Source: Candidatus Borrarchaeum weybense | Lineage (GTDB): Archaea > Asgardarchaeota > Sifarchaeia > Borrarchaeales > Borrarchaeaceae | Length of the DNA stretch: 64,000 nt | Direction: 5' to 3' | NCBI GenBank assembly: GCA_019057385.1 | Contig: JAHQJS010000004.1 | Location: forward strand, 128,001 to 192,000 | In this document: positions 36,988-46,494 of the stretch, piece after piece | How the letters are laid out: each line of letters opens with the position of its first letter | How positions within the stretch are numbered: position 1 is the stretch's first letter | The notes under the pieces: model-generated | Seen by the model: the letters and a program-made list of their open reading frames with translations, nothing else | Told to the model about the DNA's origin: nothing | Databases searched by the model: none | Position numbers and translations under genes: made by a program

Positions 36988-38223
36988 TTAATTTGGCAAG
37001 TTAAGGGCTTCTTTTACTTGTTTAAGTGCGCTTTCTCTCTCGTTCCAGTTTACAAAAACCCGGATATTTGAGTTTATAGTGAGAAAACCATAGAGGTTCA
37101 TTTCCGTAAAGGGGTAACTTATCCGCTCAATAACACCCGGCGTAGTCTCAAGATCTCGTCCACTAATCGTTATAAGTGCTAAATCATTATGATTGGTTAT
37201 TGCCTTGCCAATTTTGGCTTCGATCATTTTTTTATGAAGTATCTCAACTAAAGAACCAGAATCTGTTTCAGGGATAGTTGCATAGAATATTACAGATCCA
37301 CTCTCTAGCGATGCACCGACAAGTTCGCATCCCATCTGTTGTATTTCATCGATAAATAAGTGGATATTTTTGGCTTTAACGACCTCTTTGCCGATTATAG
37401 TAATCATCTGTAGCCTTTGATTGAAAAGCGAGGCATGAAGGTCAGGGAATACCGCACCACTAATAATCGTTCCTCCCTCAGAGATATGTCCGTTAGAGAA
37501 TCCAACAATGCGGATATTCATGTCTTTTGGCTTAAATCTCAATGCTTTATTATGGATGACTTTTGCTCCTGCGGAAGTTAAGGACATGACCTCTTCAACA
37601 TCCAAATGTTCTATAAGCGCTGTTTCATGGATCTTCTTAGGGTCACCTGAAAAAACGCCCTCCACATCTTTGACTAAAATCACTTCAGAAGCGTTTAAAC
37701 AGTTACCAAGTATCACCGCAGTCGTATCCGCACCACCGCGTCCTAATGTCGTGATTTTATCTGTAATTCGGTCCTTGCCTAAAAATCCTGGAATAACAGG
37801 GACTTTATTTTCAGCAAGAAGTGGCAGGATGTGTTCTTGTATCGCCTGCTGCGTTTCCACCATATCTGGCTCAGCATCTCCATGTCTTGAATTCGTGTAG
37901 ATGGGCCACGAATCAGAAACAGGATCAATTAAAGCAGCATCCATATTTTTGCTAGTGAGTGAACTCATCATCAAACGTGCGCTTGTGCGTTCGCCCATAG
38001 CGAGAATATCATCCATCTCATGTAATTTAACTTTTCCGTTGGTGCAAGATTGTGCGAGCGAGAGGAGACTGTCCGTCATGCCGTTCAAAGCCGATACTAC
38101 GACTACAAGGCCTTTTACCTGAGCAAGTTCATTAAGAATGTGATCAGCAGCCTGTCCTATTGCTTCACCAGAGCCTAGACATGAACCTCCAAACTTTACC
38201 ACAACGATAGAATCTTTAACCAT
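36988..38223 (-). CDS. Second aspartate kinase, first gene of the aromatic operon
   Basis: VKFGGS, GERTSAR, TTLGRGGADTTA, KDVEGVFSGDP and GAKVIH. Confidence 0.92.
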   Translation of the reverse strand: MVKDSIVVVKFGGSCLGSGEAIGQAADHILNELAQVKGLVVVVSALNGMTDSLLSLAQSCTNGKVKLHEMDDILAMGERTSARLMMSSLTSKNMDAALIDPVSDSWPIYTNSRHGDAEPDMVETQQAIQEHILPLLAENKVPVIPGFLGKDRITDKITTLGRGGADTTAVILGNCLNASEVILVKDVEGVFSGDPKKIHETALIEHLDVEEVMSLTSAGAKVIHNKALRFKPKDMNIRIVGFSNGHISEGGTIISGAVFPDLHASLFNQRLQMITIIGKEVVKAKNIHLFIDEIQQMGCELVGASLESGSVIFYATIPETDSGSLVEILHKKMIEAKIGKAITNHNDLALITISGRDLETTPGVIERISYPFTEMNLYGFLTINSNIRVFVNWNERESALKQVKEALNLPN

Positions 38224-38253
38224 CAAAAAACCTCCAGAAAATCGCTTTATCCG

Positions 38254-38310
38254 CTAGAAGCGGAAATAGCTATAAAAGCTAAAGCTAGTAAAATAACTCC
38301 AAGAGGGCAT
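38254..38310 (-). CDS. Putative aromatic leader peptide MPSWSYFTSFSFYSYFRF
   Basis: 18 codons, 9 of them Trp/Tyr/Phe; hairpin over the stop codon; stop about 30 nt upstream of the ask ATG. Confidence 0.6.
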   Translation of the reverse strand: MPSWSYFTSFSFYSYFRF

Positions 38311-38522
38311 TGCATATGCGTCAGAAAACGAAGAAAGCTTGTATTCTAGTTCTTTAAATAACATTTCATTCGAAAGCCAAGAGGTGTAACCTAAGCAATC
38401 CAATGGTGTCATCTTAGTAAAAATTAGTCCTCCGCACCACAGACACCTCTCATGCGAAACAATAGGCAACACCCTATTTTATATTAGTACGCTCTCTATT
38501 TCATATCTATCTTATAAACCTT

Positions 38523-39056
38523 ATGTTGGTTAGCTTTGGAGAGCTAATTATTCTGGTGGTGAGCTTTTTAAAAATCGAGTTAGAAGTTGAACTTACTGAC
38601 AAACCGGGAGAACTAGTAAGGTGTTTAGAACCCATATCTGCTCAAGGAGGAAATATTTTACAAGTTATTCACCATAGGTCATTAGATGTTGGAAAAGGAG
38701 TAGCACCTGTTTCAATTCATTTTGAAGTTGAAAACATCGATGTGATTGAAGATATTAAGAATGCCATCGAGCAGCAGGGTGTGCATGTAGTAAAATGGGA
38801 ACAAGAGTTTGTAGGGTTCAAGAAAATTGTGCTTCTTATCGGACATGTTTTTCAGAAGGATATCACAGATACAATTATTCGTCTTCTTGACAGTGGTGTT
38901 TTAGTGAATGAAGTTAATGCAAAAATCACGCAGAAAGAGGAAGTTTCAACCGTGAAGTTTTCGATTGTAGGTGATACCGAACAGAAGATTCAGGAAGCCA
39001 TGAAGCTTTGTAAAGAAATCTCAATGGAAAAAGGGCTATTCCTAATCAGAGGTTGA
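38523..39056 (+). CDS. ACT-domain protein (regulatory partner of homoserine dehydrogenase)
   Basis: LTDKPGEL...PIS..GGNI..VIH and LIGHVF..DITDTI; overlaps the hom start; true start probably a later GTG. Confidence 0.85.
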   Translation: MLVSFGELIILVVSFLKIELEVELTDKPGELVRCLEPISAQGGNILQVIHHRSLDVGKGVAPVSIHFEVENIDVIEDIKNAIEQQGVHVVKWEQEFVGFKKIVLLIGHVFQKDITDTIIRLLDSGVLVNEVNAKITQKEEVSTVKFSIVGDTEQKIQEAMKLCKEISMEKGLFLIRG

Positions 39057-40069
39057 AGTCAATGAATATTGCGTTAGTAGGTTTTGGAAGTGTTGGAAAA
39101 GGCGTTGCACAAGTATTTTCAAAGAAACAAGATCATCTAAGACAAAAATATGATCTTTCCTTTTCATTTAAGGGAATCTTCACAAGTAAAGGCGCATTCT
39201 TAGATCCAAATGGATTAGATTTGCAGAATATATTGAACACAAAAGATCTAACTGCTCACCCTTCATGGAAAAAAGATCTATCTTTCATGGAGTCTATCGA
39301 TGATCTTGATGTGGACCTTGTAATCGAAGTTACGCCTACAAATATCGAGGATGGAGAGCCAGGAAAGTCGCATATAATCTCTTCAATAAAGAAAGGATGT
39401 GATGTTGTCACAGCAAACAAAGGTCCTCTTGTTGTAGCTTTTAATGAACTTACACAACTAGCTCAACAAAATGATTCTATTTTAAGATATGAAGGAAGTG
39501 TAGCAGGCGGAATCCCCGTATTTAATTTAGTACGTAAGTCCTTGCAAGGTAATACCATTCATTCGCTAAAAGGAATTTTAAACGGTACATCTAACTTTAT
39601 TCTCACTCAGATGACCTATGAAAGAACGTCTTTTAAAAGCGCATTAAAAACGGCCCAGGAGTTAGGATATGCAGAGGCAGATCCCACATACGATGTCGAA
39701 GGTATCGATGCTGCAAGTAAAACCGTAATACTAGCGAATGGGCTATTTGGCATGAATAAAGGTATCGATGATGTTTACATTCAAGGTATCACTAAAGTGA
39801 CTCCAGAAGCTATTGAACTCGCTGGCAATGATAACTTTCTCATCAAACATATCGCATCCATTGAAGATGGACAAATTGAGGTTGCACCAAGACTCATTCC
39901 AGTTACTTCCACTCTTGCGGTGAATGGAACGCTCAATGTAATATCACTGCAAACAGATCTTGCAAAAGAAATAACAATTATTGGTAGAGGTGCGGGTGGT
40001 GAGGAAACCGCAAGTGCAATATTGAGCGACGTTATCAATATTCATTGTGCACGAACTACTCTATCCTAA
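39053..40069 (+). CDS. hom: Homoserine dehydrogenase
   Basis: GFGSVG, VTANKGP, GILNGTSNFIL, GYAEADPTYDVEG and GAGG.ETASA. Confidence 0.95.
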   Translation: MKSMNIALVGFGSVGKGVAQVFSKKQDHLRQKYDLSFSFKGIFTSKGAFLDPNGLDLQNILNTKDLTAHPSWKKDLSFMESIDDLDVDLVIEVTPTNIEDGEPGKSHIISSIKKGCDVVTANKGPLVVAFNELTQLAQQNDSILRYEGSVAGGIPVFNLVRKSLQGNTIHSLKGILNGTSNFILTQMTYERTSFKSALKTAQELGYAEADPTYDVEGIDAASKTVILANGLFGMNKGIDDVYIQGITKVTPEAIELAGNDNFLIKHIASIEDGQIEVAPRLIPVTSTLAVNGTLNVISLQTDLAKEITIIGRGAGGEETASAILSDVINIHCARTTLS

Positions 40070-40070
40070 C

Positions 40071-40150
40071 GTGAACTACCATCTAACAAGTTGAATGATT
40101 TCCTGAATCATTCATCTCTCAGTGGAGCAGATAAAGTTAGGGCTCGTCAA
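40071..40150. mobile_element. Possible degraded IS200/IS605 end remnant
   Basis: gtgaactaccatctaacaagttg...ttcctg resembles IS605-type termini and the hairpins of the 16.6-16.9 kb element. Confidence 0.3.
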
Positions 40151-40182
40151 CAACTTTGTGAAAAATAAAAAATTGAAGGAAA

Positions 40183-40289
40183 ATGAAAAAAGAGCATATG
40201 TTATAATAAGAATTGAAAGTAAAAAGAAGAGAACGGATGAGAAGAGCCTGTTATTTCAATCCTTATTACGTAAGGAATTCTTTTGCAAC
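40183..40289. CRISPR. Solitary repeat D (40253-40289, minus strand) facing an inverted degenerate repeat (40183-40219, plus strand)
   Basis: atttcaatccttattacgtaaggaattcttttgcaac differs from the main repeat at one position; taataagaattgaaag lies in the opposite orientation 33 nt away. Confidence 0.75.
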
Positions 40290-40291
40290 CT

Positions 40292-41830
40292 CTAAAAGAG
40301 GTCTTCCTCGCTTGTTCTCTTCCTCTTAAGACCTTTCGCCGCTCTTGCGCTTGGAGCCGCAGCCTTTTCAGCTATTTCAGCTTCTTCTTCATCAATCTCA
40401 GCAGCTTGATCCTCTAAGACATTTAACGCTTCTTCTTGGAATTGAATACCATCTTGTTTCGCAAGTGTTTCTTTAAGTTCCTTCAATCTTTCTTTAGCTT
40501 CTTCCGTTTTCCCTTCGTAATAACTCCCACCTGCTGCTTGCACCACATTTGTAGTAACAACTCTTGCATCATATGCTTTATTAAATTCAACTTCTTCTTC
40601 AACCACTGCTGAACGTGAAGTCAATACTCGCAATCTTTTGTTTCCTTCTGAATCAATATATGTGACCTGAGCTTGTATAGGAACTTCTTTTTTCTTGACC
40701 TCTTCTTCTGCTGTCTCTAGTTTCTCTAGTTCAAAGAAGACTTCTCTGTCTTCAGTAACAGCACCAACTTTCATAGGTGCAGGTGTAGTAAATGTTGTAT
40801 CTGTTACTACTCTTATGTTCACATCTCGACCTAGATATTCCCTCTTTCTTAATTGTTCAAATGCCTTTTGTACCTCAGCCATCGTAACGTAAAATATGTC
40901 TCCTCCAGTTTCGTCTGCTAATCTACCGAGTACGTCCAAAGCCAGTCTGCTTGAATCGTCTTCTGCCGCAATTCCCACAACTTCGCAGTTGACCTGTTTA
41001 TCAATACATTTTTTTGCCATCTCTTTGTAGAACTTCTTTCCAGTAGCTGAACTTTCTAAATTGCCTAATCCCTCATTAGCTAGACCATCAGTAAGCAAAA
41101 TCAATCTTCCACCACCATCAACCCGCCCTAGAAGAGTTATTCCTCCAAGGAGCGCTGGACCCAATGAAGTATAATTTAAGGGTCTAAGTTGAGAAATCGT
41201 ACTTATCCATTTCTCGGCAGTGTCAGATATGGGTGAAAAATCGAGTTTTGTTTTAGTAAACGCTTTTTCTATACCATTTATTGAATGCAGTACATCTCCT
41301 TCTAGTTCAAGTACTTTTTCACCATTTGCATTAAAGAGAAACACTTCTGTGCTAAAAGCTATTAAAGTAAAACGTGAATGTGGAGCATTCATCTTAAGAT
41401 CTTTTAGCGATTGAGTTAAAGAATGCTTAACCGCCTCTAGTTTTCCATCATCCATTGAGCCAGAGACATCTATAACGGCGACAATATATTCCTTTGTTCC
41501 AGTTCCGATTTTGGTTTCTACTGTGATATCATCTTCTGGTTTCTTTTCAATGATCCATTCAATATCATCACCAATATCTTCTGGTAATGTAACATCAGCG
41601 GCGATAATATTCAGGGTTCCGCAAAATTCGCAATTCCAACTGCGACCTAATTTGGTCGTCTCAATTAAACTGGCTTTAGTCAAGATACCTCCGCAACTTG
41701 TACAGACAACAGGAATCCCTTCTATAACCTTCTCTTTTTTCTTTAAACTATGAAAGTCAAGCGATGTTACGTAGGGTAGTTTTGTATCTTTGCCTTTCTT
41801 CAGAACATTGCCAAAGCTTTTTTTAAACAA
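40292..41830 (-). CDS. Sec23/Sec24-like Zn-finger + vWA protein
   Basis: CTSCGG...WNCEFCGTLN, MIDAS DVSGSM, TSLGPAL and LLTDGLANEG; TTG 41830 follows GAGGT, whereas the ORF track starts at 41965. Confidence 0.75.
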   Translation of the reverse strand: MFKKSFGNVLKKGKDTKLPYVTSLDFHSLKKKEKVIEGIPVVCTSCGGILTKASLIETTKLGRSWNCEFCGTLNIIAADVTLPEDIGDDIEWIIEKKPEDDITVETKIGTGTKEYIVAVIDVSGSMDDGKLEAVKHSLTQSLKDLKMNAPHSRFTLIAFSTEVFLFNANGEKVLELEGDVLHSINGIEKAFTKTKLDFSPISDTAEKWISTISQLRPLNYTSLGPALLGGITLLGRVDGGGRLILLTDGLANEGLGNLESSATGKKFYKEMAKKCIDKQVNCEVVGIAAEDDSSRLALDVLGRLADETGGDIFYVTMAEVQKAFEQLRKREYLGRDVNIRVVTDTTFTTPAPMKVGAVTEDREVFFELEKLETAEEEVKKKEVPIQAQVTYIDSEGNKRLRVLTSRSAVVEEEVEFNKAYDARVVTTNVVQAAGGSYYEGKTEEAKERLKELKETLAKQDGIQFQEEALNVLEDQAAEIDEEEAEIAEKAAAPSARAAKGLKRKRTSEEDLF

Positions 41831-42107
41831 TCTGTTTACCTCTTTTTGTTTCCAGTATTTTAATCCTCGGTTAAACAAGTTGTTAAATGTTACGTAATTG
41901 AAGAGTGCCTCTAAAAAACATATTGAAGTCGCTCTTTTAGCTCGTTGATGATCTTTCTCTTTCACGTTCTATATCTTGCAAAAAACTCTTATGTAAACGT
42001 GCACGAAACATTCAAAAATCGAAATGTTAATTTCGAGATGATTAAGATCGATCATTCAGAGATTCGTTAAAAATACATAACTAAACAGACTCTGATAGTG
42101 TATCAAA

Positions 42108-43460
42108 ATGATAATGCTTCATTCTACTAACCTTAATGCTCCGCAGGTGGATTTCAAAGAGGCAATCCTCACAGGACAAGCCCCGGATAGAGGATTATAT
42201 ATGCTAAATGAAATTCCCAGGCTAGACGATGCAGAAATGTTCTCTTTCAGCGATTTAGAATTAACACAAATTGCTTATAAGGTCCTTTCAAGAATTATTG
42301 GAGATTTGATCCCGAAAGAGCAGCTGGAAAGCATTATAAACAGTGCCTTAAATTTTGAAATTCCCATACATTATGTTAGCAATCACGATTACATGATGTA
42401 TATAGACCAAGGACCGACATGTAGTTTCAAAGATGTTGGAGCTCGTATGCTCGCAAGATTAATGGAATACTTTCTTGAAGTTGAAAATAAGAATGTTATA
42501 ATAATCACAGCAACCAGTGGGGATACAGGAGGGGCGGTTGCTCAAGCTTTTTACGAAATGAACCGAATTCAGGTCGTTGTACTGTACCCAAAGAATGAAG
42601 TAAGTAACTTGCAAAGAAAACAAATGACTACTTTAGGAAAGAATGTTACTGCAATAGGAATCAATGGGAAGTTTGACGATTGTCAGAAATTTGCAAAAAA
42701 TGCATTTGCTGATAAGGATCTAGATCTTAATTTAACTTCAGCAAATTCAATTAATTTTGGACGACTTTTGCCACAAACTCTCTATTATTTTTTGGCCTAC
42801 TCACGTGTAGCAGAAGACTTAGGTGAAAAAGTAATTTTCTCTGTGCCTTCAGGAAATTTTGGAAATTTACTAGGAGGGTTAATTGCTTTTAGGATGGGAT
42901 TACCCGTTAAGAAATTTATTGCTGCCGTGAATGAAAATGACGAATTTCCTCGCTATGTAAACAGCGGAACCTATCAAAAGGTAGAGCCCTCAAAAAACTG
43001 TCTCTCTAGTGCAATGAATGTGGGCCATCCATCAAATCTTGCACGTCTCATTGAAATGTATGGAGGTCAGATTGACGAGATAGGAATAGTTCACAAAGAT
43101 CCAGATCTTGAGAAGATTCGTGATGATATTTATACGATCTCCATAACTGATGAACTAACTAAACAAACAATTAAAGGTTTTTATGAATCATATAGTAAGA
43201 TCATTGAACCCCATGGTGCTGTTGGCTGGGCGGGTCTTCAAGCATATAGAACAGATACTCCAAAAGATAAAAATGTCAAATCAATCTCAATAGAGACTGC
43301 AGATCCAGCTAAATTCCCAGAAGCAATTGTATCATTGATAAATATAACCCCAAAATTACCTCAATGCTTAGAAATAATTAATCAAAAGGAAGAGTTCCCC
43401 AATCCCGTAGAAATCAATACATATGAAGATTTCAAAAAATATCTGCAATCAAATTATTAA
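42108..43460 (+). CDS. thrC: Threonine synthase
   Basis: GPTCSFKD, ATSGDTG, SANSINFGR, PSGNFGN and ETADPAKF. Confidence 0.95.
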   Translation: MIMLHSTNLNAPQVDFKEAILTGQAPDRGLYMLNEIPRLDDAEMFSFSDLELTQIAYKVLSRIIGDLIPKEQLESIINSALNFEIPIHYVSNHDYMMYIDQGPTCSFKDVGARMLARLMEYFLEVENKNVIIITATSGDTGGAVAQAFYEMNRIQVVVLYPKNEVSNLQRKQMTTLGKNVTAIGINGKFDDCQKFAKNAFADKDLDLNLTSANSINFGRLLPQTLYYFLAYSRVAEDLGEKVIFSVPSGNFGNLLGGLIAFRMGLPVKKFIAAVNENDEFPRYVNSGTYQKVEPSKNCLSSAMNVGHPSNLARLIEMYGGQIDEIGIVHKDPDLEKIRDDIYTISITDELTKQTIKGFYESYSKIIEPHGAVGWAGLQAYRTDTPKDKNVKSISIETADPAKFPEAIVSLINITPKLPQCLEIINQKEEFPNPVEINTYEDFKKYLQSNY

Positions 43461-43471
43461 AAAAATTAAAA

Positions 43472-43486
43472 GCCGAAACTTTCGGC
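43472..43486. terminator. GC hairpin between convergent genes
   Basis: Inverted repeat gccgaaactttcggc next to an A/T tract. Confidence 0.4.
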
Positions 43487-44155
43487 CTAGAAGATTTTTC
43501 TTACCAATTCTACGGTGTCATTATCCATGTCATATTTTACTAAGTTAGCACCCGCCAAATCATGGATTGAATGAAGTACGATTGCAGGCTGGAAACCTCC
43601 CGCTTTCACGATTTCTTGTCGTGATAGTTGAGGTTTGTCACCATGAAGCATGAAAAGAATTCTCACATGTGGCTTACCTTGGAAGACCTCTTCGAGCAAC
43701 ACAATATATACACTTAAAATTTCGCGAATGTTTATTGCGTCGTCCTGCTTGGCAGATAGTTCTTGATACATTCCAGAGAGCTTTTTTAGTTGATCTTGCA
43801 CCGCGAGATACTCTTCTTTCATTTTTGCATCTTCTGCTGCTGCTTTCTGTTTTTCATTCCGTAATTCTTCTAACTTAACGCTTACTGCGTTTAGTTCATC
43901 ATCTTTATTTTTAACTTCTTGTCTAGCAGACTCAACTTCCTGCTTAATTGACTCGATTTCTTGCTTTAATCGATTTTTCTCTTCTTCACTATTTCGAAAC
44001 TCTGTATCTTTTTGTGCTGCTATGTTGTTCATTTCGTCGATTTTTTGGGTAAGTTCCATTAATTTCGTCTTATTTTCTTCGTCAGCAATAGCTATAGATT
44101 TTTGTAAGGAATCCTTTAACTTCTCCAGAAGTTCTAATGATTCATTAAAACTCAT
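43487..44155 (-). CDS. Coiled-coil protein with C-terminal wHTH-like domain
   Basis: Long heptad-rich region followed by GKPHVRILFMLHG... Confidence 0.7.
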   Translation of the reverse strand: MSFNESLELLEKLKDSLQKSIAIADEENKTKLMELTQKIDEMNNIAAQKDTEFRNSEEEKNRLKQEIESIKQEVESARQEVKNKDDELNAVSVKLEELRNEKQKAAAEDAKMKEEYLAVQDQLKKLSGMYQELSAKQDDAINIREILSVYIVLLEEVFQGKPHVRILFMLHGDKPQLSRQEIVKAGGFQPAIVLHSIHDLAGANLVKYDMDNDTVELVRKIF

Positions 44156-44183
44156 AAGACATCCCTCTCAAACCCAAAGATGT

Positions 44184-44507
44184 TTATAGCACGAATATGA
44201 AAGATAGGCTGAACAGAAATATGCCAAAAATCCATGCGACAATCCAATATTTCAAAATAGTTCGTTGATCTTCTTCTGGCGACTCTATCGTTCGTAATCG
44301 TAATGCGAGCGTTACAATCATCAAGTATAGAAGTATCCAAATGGACAGAAACACATCGATAGTGATATTAGTCCCTACGAGTGCAAGTGCAAGTGCGATA
44401 TCTATTACTAGAAGCACACCAAGGGAAATAAAAGTCACGTCCATTATTTTTGCATATTTTGGTTGTGCCCCCCAATTTTTCCGTAACTTTCCGAAAGTGC
44501 TTGACAT
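44184..44507 (-). CDS. Small three-TM membrane protein
   Basis: Three hydrophobic segments; GAGGTG RBS. Confidence 0.75.
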   Translation of the reverse strand: MSSTFGKLRKNWGAQPKYAKIMDVTFISLGVLLVIDIALALALVGTNITIDVFLSIWILLYLMIVTLALRLRTIESPEEDQRTILKYWIVAWIFGIFLFSLSFIFVL

Positions 44508-44594
44508 ATTTCCACCTCTTTATAGCACATCTTCACAATTCTAATTTAAAAACCTTACAATTATTTATAAAACAGCAGAATAGTTGATATACTT

Positions 44595-46100
44595 CTACGT
44601 TTTATGATAATCATCAATTCTCCCGGCTTTCATGAAGGAGGAAGAACCAGCCTTAAGGTTATCGGGCTGTGCGCTCGTCACCGAGTTCAACACATACTTC
44701 ATTAATACTGCTTTTTTCAGTATTTCGGCAGTCTTGAAGGACGTTATCCCGCTGTGCTCAAAGAGGTCATGGATCATCGACCAGCTACGGTAAGGACTGC
44801 CCTTTTTCAAATGAGGCTCTATAAACTCCTCAACTTGTGAGAGCACCCAATTGTAGACGGCTAGAAATGCTTCCTTGAAACCCAGCCCTCTTCGAGCTAT
44901 TACATAACTTGCTAAGTGATGGGTTGACAAATTATGTAATCCTGAATAGGAGTATCTGCCGATGATAGAGGTATATCCCGGGAATACCTTTCGAAAGGAC
45001 ACACCGCGCTTTTTGCATTTTCGCTCTAACAGTTGCAGGGCGGTGGTCTTCATATTGCTTAATTTTCGGTTGCGTTTTGTATTATAGGAAAATTCTTGCT
45101 CGAATTGTAAGTCCTCGACCACGATTCCCTTGCCCTTATTGATGCAGTAATTGACGATTTTATCCATTTTGTAGGAAATATAATCATTACGTTTGTCGGT
45201 TCGATAGTTGTGCAGGTTGTTAAACGAGATGCTATGATAGGAGAGTAAATTACCGTGTGTATCCACATTGGTTAACGCCGCAAAATTATAGTTAAAATCC
45301 AAGCCGATGGCGCCATGTTCGTAGCCGTAACGTGGTGGCGGCTCTGGAATCTCATAGGACACATGGACAAAATAGCGAGTTTTCCCCTTGAAGAACTTTC
45401 TTTTGACGGTCACCGTGTATTTGTCAGCATTAAGAATCTGCTGAAACCATTTTTCCTGTACTAGGTTTACGGACATAGGAATGATCAGCCACTTGCGTCC
45501 CTTTTGCTTGGAAAAGGTGCGTATCTTGACGGTTTTATCGGGCAATACTTTGAGGTTCACGTTCTTCAATCCTTGTTGCTTCTTTCCGATGCAACTGAAG
45601 GATGAGTCCCGTCGTATCCTGAACTCTTCCCTACTTATGGTGTCGCGTATTCTCTGCCTGAATAATTTCTTGGTGCCGAATACTACGGGTTCGAGATGTA
45701 AATTGTGTAGTTTCGCCATGATCGAGGATCTGCGGGCGTATAAGCCCTTCAATCGTCTGTCATGTGTGTTTTGCTCCTTTATTTTGTTGATTTTTTTGGT
45801 AATGACTGTTAACTGCTGTGCCATGCGTTTGCGTTGTTTTTTTAGCCAGGTCTTTTGTGAATCCAGTTTCATCTTGTTATCAATCAGGATGGTGTTGACA
45901 TAGGGGTTGTTATGACATAGCCCCATCAAACATTGTTGGATGGTTTTGCCTTCACCGAAGCGTGTTGCCATGTAGTCTTCGCCATGAAACAACAGATTAT
46001 AGCCGATGCGTTTCATACGGTTATAGCTAGTGAAGATCTCATGGAGCTGATGTTCTTGTGCCTCATCGGGATATATTCTGAATTTGACGGTCTGTATCAT
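44595..46100 (-). mobile_element. tnpB: TnpB-related RuvC protein (long archaeal type), no adjacent TnpA
   Basis: FRIYP N-terminus, GLDFN, IVVEDL, PGYTSIIG and HHLASYVIARRG; GGAG RBS before ATG 46100. Confidence 0.88.
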
Positions 46101-46424
46101 AGTGATCGACTGCTCCTTTATCTTATAGTAGGCTTTATTAATAAACCCCGCACTTTTAGGAGTACCTCGCACTATATCGTGTCTCTGAGCATATCGGTCA
46201 CAGAAAATATTAGTTATAGCTGCTGCTACTCTATGTCGATGAATCCTTCTTAATGAGTATCGGCTTTACACTGCTTGATCTGCTGAAAAAATGGATTGTA
46301 ACCAATGGAGGAGGACTACAATGCCTGTAAAAAACGTATGGATCATAACGCGAACGTGCATTGACTTTTTAATAAAAATAGTTAATCTCAACTATATATT
46401 TAGTAAAAGAAGATATAAAAGGGG

Positions 46425-46485
46425 TGCATTCCCCTCCGTCACTTTCCTCCAGAAGTTTATAAGGAAAGATCACCCGTTTGAACTT
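46425..46485 (-). promoter_or_regulatory. Eukaryote-like SECIS element
   Basis: GUGAU-CUUUCCUU-AUAAACUUCUG-GAGGAAAG-UGAC: RUGA/GA core, 8-bp helix and apical AAA, about 20 nt after the stop of a UGA-containing ORF. Confidence 0.8.
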
Positions 46486-46494
46486 ATAATCAGA

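Noticed and set aside
38311-38472. Upstream part of the 72-aa ORF 38254-38472
   Set aside because: Spans the TATA-like box near 38355; only the final 18 codons would be in the transcript
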